Translations under genes and position numbers: made by a program
Assembly: GCA_963841915.1 (NCBI GenBank)
Contig: CAWJEN010000005.1
Location: forward strand, 448,001 to 512,000
Source of the DNA: an uncultured Planctomycetota bacterium
GTDB taxonomy: Bacteria; Planctomycetota; Phycisphaerae; Tepidisphaerales; Tepidisphaeraceae
DNA: 64,000 bases
Reading direction: 5' to 3'
The notes under the pieces: model-generated
The model's input: only the letters and a program-made list of their open reading frames with translations
Database searches by the model: none
Told to the model about the DNA's origin: nothing
Shown here: piece after piece, positions 1 to 9,903 of the stretch
How positions within the stretch are numbered: position 1 is the stretch's first letter
Layout: every line of letters starts with the position of its first letter

Positions 1-656
1 GCGGCAACGTCATCAACCCCGATGACGTTGTGGCCGAGTACGGGGCTGACACGTTCCGGCTCTATGAGATGTACATGGGCCCGCTGGAGGCTATGAAGCC
101 GTGGAACACGCGGGACATCGTCGGTATGAGCCGGTTCCTCAGCCGAGTCCACCGGACGCTGATCGGTATCGAGCCGACCGGTGACGGCATCCCGATCGAC
201 CTCGATCGGCAGCTGAACAAGGCCATTGTCAACATCAGTGGCCACGTGGACCATCTGCGGTTCAACACCGCCATTGCCGAATTGATCGAGCTGATCAACG
301 CCGCCGCCAAGCACGAGTCGCTACCGCGGCCGTTCGTGCGGATCTACGCCCTGCTGCTGGCGCCGTTCGCCCCGCACCTGGCCGAAGAGATCTGGCACAA
401 GACGTTGTCGATGGAGTCGAGCATCGTGCTGGCCGAGTGGCCCGACGCCGACGAGTCAAAGCTGGCGGAAGACTCCGTAGAGCTGCCCGTTCAGGTCAAC
501 GGCAAGCTCCGCGGCCGCGTGACGGTGGCGACGGACGCGAGCAAAGACGACACGCTCGCCGCCGCCCGTGAGGTCGTGGCCGATCAGCTCGACGGCAAGA
601 CGATCCGGAAGGAAATCGTCGTGCCGGGCCGCATGGTGAACTTTGTCGTCGGATAG
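1..656 (+). CDS. leuS: Leucyl-tRNA synthetase, C-terminal part (5' end outside the window)
   Basis: GNVINPDD..YGAD, which normally follows KMSKS; LYEMYMGP; FNTAIA; LLAPFAPH; PVQVNGKLRG; ends VPGRMVNFVV. Confidence 0.95.
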   Translation, partial: GNVINPDDVVAEYGADTFRLYEMYMGPLEAMKPWNTRDIVGMSRFLSRVHRTLIGIEPTGDGIPIDLDRQLNKAIVNISGHVDHLRFNTAIAELIELINAAAKHESLPRPFVRIYALLLAPFAPHLAEEIWHKTLSMESSIVLAEWPDADESKLAEDSVELPVQVNGKLRGRVTVATDASKDDTLAAAREVVADQLDGKTIRKEIVVPGRMVNFVVG

Positions 657-662
657 ATCGCC

Positions 663-1190
663 ATGCCTACTGAACTCGAAGCTAAATTGAAAGTGAGGGA
701 CCTCGCCGTCGTCCGCGAGCGGCTCGTCGCCACCGGGGCCGAGCGGGTGTCGAAGGTGCGCGAGGTGAACACGTACCTGGCAGTACCCGATGTTGACTCG
801 GGGCTTCGCGTGCGGGACGAGACGGACGAAGACGGCAACAGCCGTCGTCGCCTGACCTTCAAGGGGCCGAAGCAGGCCGGGCCATTCAAGCAGCGTGAGG
901 AGTTCGAGGTCGATATCGACGACGCGGAGGTGATGCTGATGATCTTCACCCGCCTGAGCATGCCGCCGACGCTCGTGTTCGAGAAGAACCGTGAAACCTT
1001 CAACCTCGGCAGCTGCGAAGTGGTGCTTGATGAGCTGCCGCGACTCGGCACCTTCATCGAAGTTGAAGGTCCCGACGAGGCGACGGTGACGCACGTGCTC
1101 GAGCAGCTTGAGCTCGACCCGGCGGAGGCGATCAGCGAGGGCTATGCGAGTATGTTCGCATCGGCGGGCGTGACGGAAGCACGCTTCTGA
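663..1190 (+). CDS. cyaB: CYTH-domain protein (class IV adenylate cyclase-like)
   Basis: N-terminal ExExK (ELEAK), LRVR, LTFKGP, REEFE, EK-RE and LGTFIEVEG motifs. Confidence 0.85.
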   Translation: MPTELEAKLKVRDLAVVRERLVATGAERVSKVREVNTYLAVPDVDSGLRVRDETDEDGNSRRRLTFKGPKQAGPFKQREEFEVDIDDAEVMLMIFTRLSMPPTLVFEKNRETFNLGSCEVVLDELPRLGTFIEVEGPDEATVTHVLEQLELDPAEAISEGYASMFASAGVTEARF

Positions 1191-1212
1191 CGCGACGACC
1201 GGCGTTCCCTCA

Positions 1213-2805
1213 TTGGGTTTTGTCTCGCCGCAGCGTTACGTTGAACCGGTGCCTGCCGCCTCGACATCCCGAGCCGACATAGTCGCCGCATCGGCTGCGA
1301 CTGCGGCGAAGGTGCTGTCGTGGGCCGTCGCGGCGGCGGTCGTCTACCGCCAACTCGGTGAGGCGGCTTTCGCGGTGCTTGCCATGACGCGGGCGACGCT
1401 GGGGCTGCTCAACTACACGACCTTCGGCCTCGGCCCGGCGCTGACGCGCATGGTCGCCGAGGCGGAGCGATCCGCAGAAACACCCCCGAGCCGCGGTCCC
1501 ACGGACCGCCGGTCTGACGACGCAGATGCAGCCACATCGCACGGCTTCCACAGTCAGGTGCAATCCGAAGCAAACGTCTCTGCGACGACGGATGCTCAAG
1601 CTGAGCGATCTTTACAGGACGTCATCACCGCGGTGCTGACGGACTCGTCAGACCAGCGGTCCGTGGGACCGCGGCTCGGGGCGACTCATCCACTGACGCT
1701 TGACTACGCGTCGAGTCGCCCCTTCAACGAGAACTCAGCAGCGTCGCTGTTGTCGACGACAGCAAGACTGCTTGTGGGTTCCGGGTTGGCTGCCCTCGTC
1801 CTCGCGTGGGTCTACGCAAGCTACTTCCACCGCCTTCACGAGGTTCCGGTCGATGCCGTTGTCCCCGACAGCGGCGAACTGGTACTCTTTGTCTTCACGC
1901 TCGGAGCCGGCTTCGTTGCACGTCTTGGAAGCGATGCTATTTCAGGTGCTTCTCATGCACTGGGCCGACTCCGACACGATCAGACGGCCGCTGCGGCGAC
2001 AGACGTCCTCTGGATCGCCTTGCTGACAGGCGGCGTGTTCGCCGGCAGCCTTGCCGTCATGGGACTGGCGCTGGTCGGGATGACCTTCATGCTAACCGGC
2101 GGAGTCGGCCTGGCCGTCCGCTTTTGGCTAAGCCGATCCGTCGCCTTGCGAGCCTCTTTCGGCCGCGAGAAGGCTTCGTCTTCGGCAGCTTTCCGCCTCC
2201 TCGCCTACGGCGGCCTTGTAACGCTCGGCAGCGCGGCCGACTTCCTCTACGCACCGATCGACTACTTCATCCTGAACCACAAGGTCAGCGCTCTGGCCCC
2301 GGCGGTGTATGCGCCGGCTGTCCAGATCGACGCGGCGATCCTCGTGCTCGTCTCGGCCGTGGCGACCGTCGCCTTGCCCAAGGCCGCCCGGCTGGCGGCG
2401 GCGGGTGACAACGCGGCCGTCTGGCGTGGCTACCTCACCGGCTCGATCCTCGCCGGCGGAGCGGCCCTGGCCTTGGCGATCCCGGCGTGGCTGCTCTCGC
2501 CGCACGTCTTCTCGCTCTGGCTCGGCGACGACCTGCCGGCGACGCGGGCAATGCTGCCGCTGATTCTCCTGCACACCATCCTCGGCAGCGCGGCAGGCGT
2601 CGGGCGGGCCACGCTCGTCGCCGTCGGCTACGCACGGTCGTACGCCGTCGTCGTCCTGCTCGGCGGCGCGATCAATGTGGCGTTGAGCCTCTGGTTCGTC
2701 CACCTCGGCTGGGGCATCGCCGGGGTGATATGGGGCACCATCATCAGTGTGGCGGCACGATGCCTGGTCGCGTTGCCTCTGCTGGTGCGACGGGCAACTC
2801 GCTAA
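1213..2805 (+). CDS. Polysaccharide flippase / MOP-superfamily membrane protein
   Basis: Many transmembrane helices; ID..IL and Y..A.QI patterns; C-terminal GWGIAGVIWGT typical of Wzx-like exporters. Start uncertain (1213 or 1249). Confidence 0.7.
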   Translation: MGFVSPQRYVEPVPAASTSRADIVAASAATAAKVLSWAVAAAVVYRQLGEAAFAVLAMTRATLGLLNYTTFGLGPALTRMVAEAERSAETPPSRGPTDRRSDDADAATSHGFHSQVQSEANVSATTDAQAERSLQDVITAVLTDSSDQRSVGPRLGATHPLTLDYASSRPFNENSAASLLSTTARLLVGSGLAALVLAWVYASYFHRLHEVPVDAVVPDSGELVLFVFTLGAGFVARLGSDAISGASHALGRLRHDQTAAAATDVLWIALLTGGVFAGSLAVMGLALVGMTFMLTGGVGLAVRFWLSRSVALRASFGREKASSSAAFRLLAYGGLVTLGSAADFLYAPIDYFILNHKVSALAPAVYAPAVQIDAAILVLVSAVATVALPKAARLAAAGDNAAVWRGYLTGSILAGGAALALAIPAWLLSPHVFSLWLGDDLPATRAMLPLILLHTILGSAAGVGRATLVAVGYARSYAVVVLLGGAINVALSLWFVHLGWGIAGVIWGTIISVAARCLVALPLLVRRATR

Positions 2806-2939
2806 GCGAACATCATTCGGTTCTCCTATAAATTGACCCGTAGTCGTGTCGTTTCTACATTCGACTCCCACTCCGTCCACAGCCGGCCGCGCACGTGTGT
2901 TGGCCGACACTACCCGATTTTCACCGGAAAACACACCAT

Positions 2940-5648
2940 ATGGCTGCCACCAAGACGACCACGAAGAAGGTCAAGAAGGCGATCAAGAAGGCGACGAAAG
3001 TCGTCAAGGCCCCCGTCAAAGCTGCACGCAAGCTCAGCGGCAAACGCGTTTACTTCTTTGGCGACGGCAAGGCCGAGGGCGGTCGCAGCGACAAGCTGCT
3101 CCTCGGCGGCAAGGGTGCCAACCTCGCCGACATGACCTCGAGCGGCTTCCCCGTGCCGGCCGGCTTCACCATCACCACTGAAACCTGCGCCGATTACAAC
3201 TCGGGCGGGAAGAAGCTCCCCGACGGACTGATGGATGAGGTCGCTAAAAACGTCAAGAAGACCGAGAAGGCGACCGGCAAGAAGTTCGGCAACGCCAAGA
3301 AGCCGCTGCTGTTGAGCGTCCGCTCCGGTGCCGCCGTCTCCATGCCGGGCATGATGGATACGGTCCTGAACCTTGGCCTGACGGACGAGATCGTCGAAGC
3401 GATGGCCCAGGCCAACGACCGCTTCGCCTACGACAGCTACCGCCGGCTCATCAACATGTACGGCGACGTCGTTGTCGGCGTGCACCACCACTACTTCGAA
3501 GAGGCCATCGCGGCCATGAAGAAGGATCGTGGCGTAGCGGAGGACACCGATCTATCGGCCGACGACCTCAAGGAGCTGTGCGGCGAGTACAAGAAGGTCT
3601 TCAAGAAGCACGCCGGCTTCGCTTTCCCGCAGGACCCGATGGGTCAGCTCGAGCTGGCCATCGAGGCCGTCTTCAAGTCGTGGGACAGCCCCAAGGCTCA
3701 CAGCTACCGTCGCGCCGAGGGCATCGCGAATCTCGCCGGTACGGCCGTCAACTGTCAGACGATGGTCTTCGGCAACATGGGCGACGACTGCGCCACCGGC
3801 GTCGGCTTCACCCGTGATCCGTCCAGCGGCGACAACACCTTCCTGGTCGAGTACCTCGTCAACGCCCAGGGCGAAGACGTTGTGGCCGGCATCCGCACGC
3901 CCAAGGGGCTTGCCGAGATGAAGAAGGAGCTTCCCAAGATGTACAAGGAGCTCATGGACATGCGCAAGCGCCTCGAGAAGCGCTACCAGGACATGCAGGA
4001 CTTCGAGTTCACGGTCGAAGAGCGCAAGCTCTACATGCTTCAGACCCGCAACGGCAAGCGGACCGGCCGCGCCGCCTTGAAGATCGCGACTGATCTGCTG
4101 AAGGAGAAGCTCATTGACGAAAAGGCAGCGGTCAAAATGGTCACGCCCGGCCACCTCGATCAGCTGCTGCACCCGGCCTTCGCGCCCGCAGCCCGCAAGG
4201 CGGCCACCGTGCTGACCAGCGGCCTCAACGCCTCGCCCGGCGCTGCCGTCGGCAAGCTGGCGTTCACCGCCGAGGACGCCAAAGAGCGTGCCGAAAAGGG
4301 TGAAGCCGTGCTACTCGTTCGTCGCGAGACGAGCCCCGAAGACGTCGAAGGCATGCACGCTGCCCAGGGGATTCTCACCAGCACCGGTGGCAAGACGAGC
4401 CACGCTGCCGTCGTCGCCCGCGGCTGGGGCAAGCCTTGTGTCTGTGGCGCTGGCGACGTCGAGATCGACGCCGGTAAGCAGACTGCCACCATCGGTGGCA
4501 AGAAGTACGGCCCGGGTGACTCGCTCAGCATCGACGGCACGACAGGTGACGTCCTTGCCGGTGAGGTTCAGACGCAGGACCCCGAGCCGGACCGGAACTT
4601 CAAGAAGCTCATGAGCCTCGCCGACAAGTTCCGCAGGCTTGCCGTCCGTACGAATGCCGACACGCCTGAAGACGCCAAAAAGGCCCGTGAATTCGGCGCT
4701 GAGGGCATCGGCCTGTGTCGGACCGAACACATGTTCTTCGACTCCGAGCGGATCGGTCCGATGCGTGAGATGATTCTCGCCGACGACGAGGCCGGTCGTG
4801 AGAAGGCGCTCAAGAAGCTCCTGCCGTTCCAGCGGGATGACTTTGCGGGCTTGTTCAAGGCGATGAAGGGCCTGCCGGTCACGATCCGTTTGCTCGACCC
4901 GCCGCTGCACGAGTTCCTGCCCCACGAGGATAAGGACATCGAAGCTTTGGCCAAGTCGATGGGCAAGCAGGCCGACGAGGTCAAGACCCGCGTCGCCAGC
5001 CTGCACGAAAGCAACCCGATGCTCGGCCACCGCGGCTGCCGACTGGCTGTCACGTACCCTGAGATTCTCCGCATGCAGGTGCGGGCGATCCTCGAGGCGG
5101 CCATCAAGGTCGGTGGGAACATCGTCCCTGAGATCATGATCCCGCTGGCCGGTACCGCCGAGGAGCTGAGCTTCCTCAGCGAGCACCTTCATGACGAAGC
5201 CGAGCAGGTCTTCAAGGCCAAGAAGAAAAAGGTGAAGTACCTCGTCGGCACCATGATCGAGGTGCCCCGCGCCGCCATCACCGCCGACAAGGTCGCCGAG
5301 CAGGCCGAGTTCTTCAGCTTCGGCACGAACGACCTGACGCAGATGACCTTCGGCTTCTCTCGCGACGACGCCGGCGTGTTCCTCAAGGAGTACGTCGATA
5401 AGGGCATTCTTCCCGAAGATCCGTTCCAGTCACTCGACCGCAACGGCGTCGGCGAACTTGTCAAGATCGCCGTCGAGAAGGGTCGCGCCGCCCGCCCGGG
5501 CATCAAGCTCGGCATCTGCGGTGAGCACGGTGGCGATGCAAGCAGCGTCCACTTCTGCCATGAGGTCGGTCTCGACTACGTCTCGTGCAGCCCGTTCCGC
5601 GTCCCCATCGCACGCCTCGCCGCGGCGCATGCGGCGTTGAACGGCTAG
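2940..5648 (+). CDS. ppdK: Pyruvate, phosphate dikinase
   Basis: LLGGKGANLA, SVRSGAAVSMPGMMDT, GGKTSHAAVVARG (phospho-His), GIGLCRTEHMF, GICGEHGG. ATG at 2940. Confidence 0.97.
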   Translation: MAATKTTTKKVKKAIKKATKVVKAPVKAARKLSGKRVYFFGDGKAEGGRSDKLLLGGKGANLADMTSSGFPVPAGFTITTETCADYNSGGKKLPDGLMDEVAKNVKKTEKATGKKFGNAKKPLLLSVRSGAAVSMPGMMDTVLNLGLTDEIVEAMAQANDRFAYDSYRRLINMYGDVVVGVHHHYFEEAIAAMKKDRGVAEDTDLSADDLKELCGEYKKVFKKHAGFAFPQDPMGQLELAIEAVFKSWDSPKAHSYRRAEGIANLAGTAVNCQTMVFGNMGDDCATGVGFTRDPSSGDNTFLVEYLVNAQGEDVVAGIRTPKGLAEMKKELPKMYKELMDMRKRLEKRYQDMQDFEFTVEERKLYMLQTRNGKRTGRAALKIATDLLKEKLIDEKAAVKMVTPGHLDQLLHPAFAPAARKAATVLTSGLNASPGAAVGKLAFTAEDAKERAEKGEAVLLVRRETSPEDVEGMHAAQGILTSTGGKTSHAAVVARGWGKPCVCGAGDVEIDAGKQTATIGGKKYGPGDSLSIDGTTGDVLAGEVQTQDPEPDRNFKKLMSLADKFRRLAVRTNADTPEDAKKAREFGAEGIGLCRTEHMFFDSERIGPMREMILADDEAGREKALKKLLPFQRDDFAGLFKAMKGLPVTIRLLDPPLHEFLPHEDKDIEALAKSMGKQADEVKTRVASLHESNPMLGHRGCRLAVTYPEILRMQVRAILEAAIKVGGNIVPEIMIPLAGTAEELSFLSEHLHDEAEQVFKAKKKKVKYLVGTMIEVPRAAITADKVAEQAEFFSFGTNDLTQMTFGFSRDDAGVFLKEYVDKGILPEDPFQSLDRNGVGELVKIAVEKGRAARPGIKLGICGEHGGDASSVHFCHEVGLDYVSCSPFRVPIARLAAAHAALNG

Positions 5649-5671
5649 GTCCGCTCAATGCAACCAGCAAG

Positions 5672-5710
5672 AAGGGCCAGGTGTCGTTGACACCTGGCCC
5701 TTTCCCTTTT
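5672..5710 (+). terminator. Intrinsic terminator after ppdK
   Basis: Perfect stem AAGGGCCAGGTGTC-gtt-GACACCTGGCCCTT followed by T-rich TCCCTTTT. Confidence 0.85.
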
Positions 5711-5760
5711 GCTCGCGACGTTTGCGTCATTCGCATCCGCGTCAGCGAGTATTGACGTGG

Positions 5761-7193
5761 CTACTCCGCGATCGCTGTATGCGTCGCCCGTAGCACGTGG
5801 CCCAGCAGCCCCTCGCGGTCGGGGTACTGCGCCATCCCAGCCGCAACGTAGATGACAGTGCCGTCACCGAAGTCGCCACCGGGTTAAACCAGGGCCACGG
5901 CGTCACCGACTTTCTTGCCGTCTTCATCGACGATTTCCACGAGTGACTCGTACCGCTTGTTCTGCGGGTAGAGCTGTTCGGTCATGAATCGCGAGCCTTC
6001 GTTGCGAGCAAAGGTAAATGGCTGCATGTCGCTGAACCCGCCGACGCCTCGAGCGGTGGCACCACCGGGGATGTCGAGCAGCTGCAACTCGAAGCCGAAT
6101 TGCTGGGCCAGCTCCGCCTGACGCCAGGCGAACTTACCACCGAGCCGGAAAATGTGATTCAGCGGCGCTTGCCCGTCCTGAAGATTTGCCCAACTGAAGC
6201 CGGGGAAGATGACCGGGTAGTACCTCTTGCGTTGCTCTTCACACCAGGCGATATCGCCCGGGAACTTCTCGGCGAAATGTTCTTCGGCACCTTCAAGTGT
6301 GCCGTACCGGCCGACGTTCCACGGGCTGATGATCGTGCCGAACTCTTGGAGCAGCTCGAGCACTTCCGGCGGATAGTCACGCCAATTGTTGTTCACGCCG
6401 AGCATGATCGTTGCGTTTCCGCCGCGATCGCTCTTGATGAACTCGAAGAGCTCTCGTGCCGCGTCATAGTCGAAGCCGCGGTGGCCGAAGCCGTAGCCCC
6501 ACAGGCTCACGACGGGCACACCGTCGTGCTGGATGTAGGCAGGCGTTTCGAGGATCTTCATCTCGTTGACCAGGCGGTCCCAGTCCTTGATGATCTCGTC
6601 GCCTTCCTTGCGATCGAAGCCGCAATCGTACATCACCGCAAAGCCCCGACCGTACGTATTTGCCGCCTCGCGGACGTGCATAAGCACGGTGGTGGTGCGC
6701 AGGTCGTGATGCGACTCTGGTGCGTCAGGATCAATTTCACCCGTGAAGCGTTGCACCCAAACACCATCGAGGCCGTACTCCTTCATCCACTCGAAGTGCC
6801 GCATGACCGTCTTCTTGTGCGTCGATCTGAAGATCTTGCCGGGCGTGCCGTCTTCGTACCGGTAGTTCGTGTCGATTTGCTCGTCTTCATCCAGCTCCGA
6901 CATGTCAGGCCACATGTTGATCGTCGATCGCGGCGGATCCTGTCGACCGGACCCCAGTGGATGAAGCCCATGTCCAAGCCATCACCTTCTGCCATAAACC
7001 AGCCCTGACAGCCGGCGAGATTGGTGCCGTGGATGGTCTTGATCGGGTTCGGAACGTTGACCGGCCCGTCTTACGGTTGGAAGACCTCGGCAGACGACTC
7101 TGAAGCCGTCCAGGCCGAGGCTGTGCAACCGATGGCCGCGCCGACGGCCAAACCCGTGGATACGGAAAGGAACAAATGTTTTATTGGAATCAT
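5761..7193 (-). pseudogene. Degraded secreted GH71/GH99-like glycoside hydrolase
   Basis: Signal peptide from 7193; in-frame TAA at 7071-7073; G(C)QGWF where GYQGWF is expected; frameshift near 6940 into MWPDMSE...RHFEWMKEYGLDGVWVQRF...SPWNVGRY...PVIFPGFSWANL; second in-frame TAA at 5884-5886, after which the frame continues to TAG at 5761. Confidence 0.8.
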
Positions 7194-7256
7194 GCGAAAG
7201 TGGCAGTTATGGTTTAGCAGCAGACGCACTGCGACCGTTCTGACACTGTTAAACCA

Positions 7257-7273
7257 GCATCTTGACAAGATGC
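7257..7273. promoter_or_regulatory. Perfect inverted repeat (candidate operator) overlapping a TTGACA hexamer
   Basis: GCATCTTG-A-CAAGATGC about 65 bp upstream of the glycoside hydrolase pseudogene start. Confidence 0.45.
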
Positions 7274-7490
7274 CATGCATGAATCCGCGCGTCCTTCAAT
7301 TGAGGGTGGCCGACCAGTCACGCGGCGGCTTCGGTGGTGTCTTGCCTGATGGCGACGCACCTCGCGTTCCACGGCGGGGAGTTGGAGATGAACGTCTGCA
7401 ACGACAACAAGACCGGCCGCGCACCCGTGGGGGTGGCGGCCGCTCGGGCATTCTCCCTCCGGAAAACACCTGGTGTTCCTGATCCCTGAC

Positions 7491-8048
7491 CTACTCCTCA
7501 GCACTGCCGCCGAATAGACCGGCCATGGACGAACCGGCGGTGTCGACGGTCTTACCTGCTTCGCCCTTTCGCTTACGGCTTTGGGCCAGGCGGTCTGCGG
7601 CCGGTGTCGACTGGTTCGACGGGCCGATCTCCAGCGTCATCGCACCATCAGGCATCCGCATGGTGGCCAAGTAGGCATTGGCCGAGACGAACATGAGGTC
7701 CGCGTCACCGGCGAGGTCGGCAGGTAGATCAAGGCGAACCGTAATCGTCTCACCCGGGGCACGCGTGGCTGCCACGTACTCGAGCCGCTCGCGACCCAGG
7801 GCGTTGAGGCGGTAGCCGGTACCGTCGGAGGCAAGGTCGAAGTGCGACTGGCGGAGCGTGGCTTCCTCCATCGCACCGGCGGCGTACTGAGCTTCGAAGA
7901 TCTTGCGGGTCCGTGATTGCTCGCGGTCGTAGTCGAAGAAGTCCTGGTCGTACTTGGCGCTGCAACCGCCGAGCACAACGGCGGCGACGGCGGCAGTTGC
8001 CAAAGCAGGAGTCGGGCGGAGGAAGCGGTTGAGGGCAAAGACGGGCAT
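7491..8048 (-). CDS. Putative lipoprotein of unknown function
   Basis: Signal peptide with lipobox LGGC; high-GC3 codons; ATG at 8048. Confidence 0.7.
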   Translation of the reverse strand: MPVFALNRFLRPTPALATAAVAAVVLGGCSAKYDQDFFDYDREQSRTRKIFEAQYAAGAMEEATLRQSHFDLASDGTGYRLNALGRERLEYVAATRAPGETITVRLDLPADLAGDADLMFVSANAYLATMRMPDGAMTLEIGPSNQSTPAADRLAQSRKRKGEAGKTVDTAGSSMAGLFGGSAEE

Positions 8049-8229
8049 CTTGATCCAAGGTAGTGGCGTGAACTGAAAGCGTGCGGCGGGAGCGCCGTCG
8101 GCCGACGTGGCAGCCGTGAACAACCCGGTCATCGTCCCCTGTGCCGCGACGCTTAAGGCCGACGCAAGATTCTTCTTGATCGCGATACTGCACCTTGAAT
8201 GCCGCATCGCCTGGGCCGATGTAGCATTC

Positions 8230-8700
8230 ATGACCGGCCGACCATTCCCGCTCCCCGATGCAACTGTGCATAGCCGTTCGGCGTGGCAGCAGTTGCTCCA
8301 GGCGACACGGGCCGGTGGAATCGCGACAGTCGCCCTCGGCGTCGCCCTGCTGTGGCACGCCGGCCTCAGGCCGGTAACTACCAACGAAAGCAACGGCTGG
8401 CACATTGCCTCCGGACACGTCTCAGACGTCAATGCTGAGACGCGGCAGGTGAATTACACCTACACCGCCAGCGGTGCGTCGTACGGCGGGTACGACTTTC
8501 TTAACGCGGACAGGTCGGTAAGCCTGCCAAAAGTCGGCCAAGGCATTGACGTCTTCTTCAGCATCGACAATGTAAGCCACAGCCGCCTGACGAAGGCGAC
8601 GCCGCAAGGCTTGGCAGTTGCCGGTGCGACAGCGGCATTTCTGATTTGCATCGGATTGCGGACCAGCTTTGCCGAGCCGCTGGACGAACCGCTGGCGTAA
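8230..8700 (+). CDS. Membrane protein, DUF3592-like
   Basis: TM helix, then a beta-rich segment (W..ASGHV, VNYTY..SG..Y, G..I.VFF), then a second TM helix. Confidence 0.55.
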   Translation: MTGRPFPLPDATVHSRSAWQQLLQATRAGGIATVALGVALLWHAGLRPVTTNESNGWHIASGHVSDVNAETRQVNYTYTASGASYGGYDFLNADRSVSLPKVGQGIDVFFSIDNVSHSRLTKATPQGLAVAGATAAFLICIGLRTSFAEPLDEPLA

Positions 8701-8709
8701 CGTGCGGCC

Positions 8710-9120
8710 ATGTCAGACTCGCAAAAGACGTTCGTTCTGCTGAAGCCCGACGCTGTCCGCCGACAGCTGGTCGGTGAGATCATCGGCCGTTTCGAAGCCA
8801 AGGGCCTCGTCGTCGAGAAGCTCGAGATGATCACCGTCGACGCCGCCACCGCCGAGAAGCACTATGGCGAGCACAAGGGCAAGCCGTTCTACCAGCCGCT
8901 CGTCGACTTCATCACCGGTGGCCCGAGCGTCGCGATCTGCCTCAGCGGTGACTCTGCCGTGCCGTTAGTCCGCAAGATGATGGGTGCGACGAAGTTCACC
9001 GACGCAGAGCCCGGCACCATCCGCGGCGACTTCGCCCACGACATGACCGAGAACCTCGTGCACGGCAGCGATTCGCCTGAGTCGGCCGAGCGGGAGCTTG
9101 GCATCTTCTTCGCCTCGTAA
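8710..9120 (+). CDS. ndk: Nucleoside diphosphate kinase
   Basis: TFVLLKPDAV, HYGEHKGKPF, PGTIRGDF, NLVHGSDS. Confidence 0.97.
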   Translation: MSDSQKTFVLLKPDAVRRQLVGEIIGRFEAKGLVVEKLEMITVDAATAEKHYGEHKGKPFYQPLVDFITGGPSVAICLSGDSAVPLVRKMMGATKFTDAEPGTIRGDFAHDMTENLVHGSDSPESAERELGIFFAS

Positions 9121-9234
9121 CTTCATTTGGCGTAGGACTGATAGGTTGTTACGCTCGCTGGCTCAATTCCTGAGCCGGCGGCGCTGTGTTCGTGTGGGCG
9201 GGCCGCGCCCGGCTGCTTTAGTCTTTGGAGAGAT

Positions 9235-9903
9235 ATGACCCGTCTGATCCTTGCCGCCGTTGTTGGTGGTTGCGTGCTGTCCTATATTGGTTTCAATCAT
9301 TGGCGACTTGCTCAAAAGTGTGACGCGACGCCGAGCGAGATCACGATCGCGACCCTTTTCAACGAGGGTCCTGACGGCATCGAGAATGCTCATGTCACGC
9401 TCTCGGAGTTCATGCCGAGCGACGGATTCGTCTACCAGACCGAGGACGACAAGCCTTCAGTCTGGACGCACGTATACGTCCCGGTCACCGACTTTAATTC
9501 CGACTATGGCCGCGAACTGATCTTGAAGTCGATCGGAGCTGAGATGGCCGGTCAGGACACCATTGCCGACGATCAGTTGCCGACGATGCGGCCTGACGAG
9601 GTAAGGGCCATCCTCAAGCTCACAGGCAGCGACTGCCGGAACCTGCAAGCCTTGCAGACTGCACTGGCGCGGGAGAAGATGACGGGCGTGGTCATCAACC
9701 AGATCGACTCGCTCAACAGCGACACGAAGCGCCTGCTGAAAGAGCTGGTTCCCGGATTCGACAGCAGCGACATGGCGGTCATCGAGATCGGCCGCGATGT
9801 GCCGTCGAGCGGGAACGGCATGGCCATGCTCGGTGGTGGCGGGCTGCTCGCTTTACTGGGCGTCGGTGGTGGCATCCGCAAGTTCGGCGGCGGTGCCGCG
9901 TGA
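9235..9903 (+). CDS. Hypothetical membrane protein (N- and C-terminal TM helices)
   Basis: GGAGA Shine-Dalgarno before the ATG; two hydrophobic ends; stop overlaps the next start (GTGA). Confidence 0.7.
   Translation: MTRLILAAVVGGCVLSYIGFNHWRLAQKCDATPSEITIATLFNEGPDGIENAHVTLSEFMPSDGFVYQTEDDKPSVWTHVYVPVTDFNSDYGRELILKSIGAEMAGQDTIADDQLPTMRPDEVRAILKLTGSDCRNLQALQTALAREKMTGVVINQIDSLNSDTKRLLKELVPGFDSSDMAVIEIGRDVPSSGNGMAMLGGGGLLALLGVGGGIRKFGGGAA

Noticed and set aside
5680..5694. GGTGTC-gtt-GACACC matching the parA upstream hexamer
   Set aside because: It is part of the ppdK terminator stem, has a different spacer length and occurs once; probably coincidence
7071..7073. Stop-codon readthrough or recoding in the glycoside hydrolase
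   Set aside because: The stops are TAA, which ends many normal genes here, and they co-occur with a frameshift, so decay is the simpler explanation
7290..7490. Possible small ORF or gene fragment between the hydrolase pseudogene and the lipoprotein
   Set aside because: Coding-like codons over a short stretch, but no convincing start or recognisable motif
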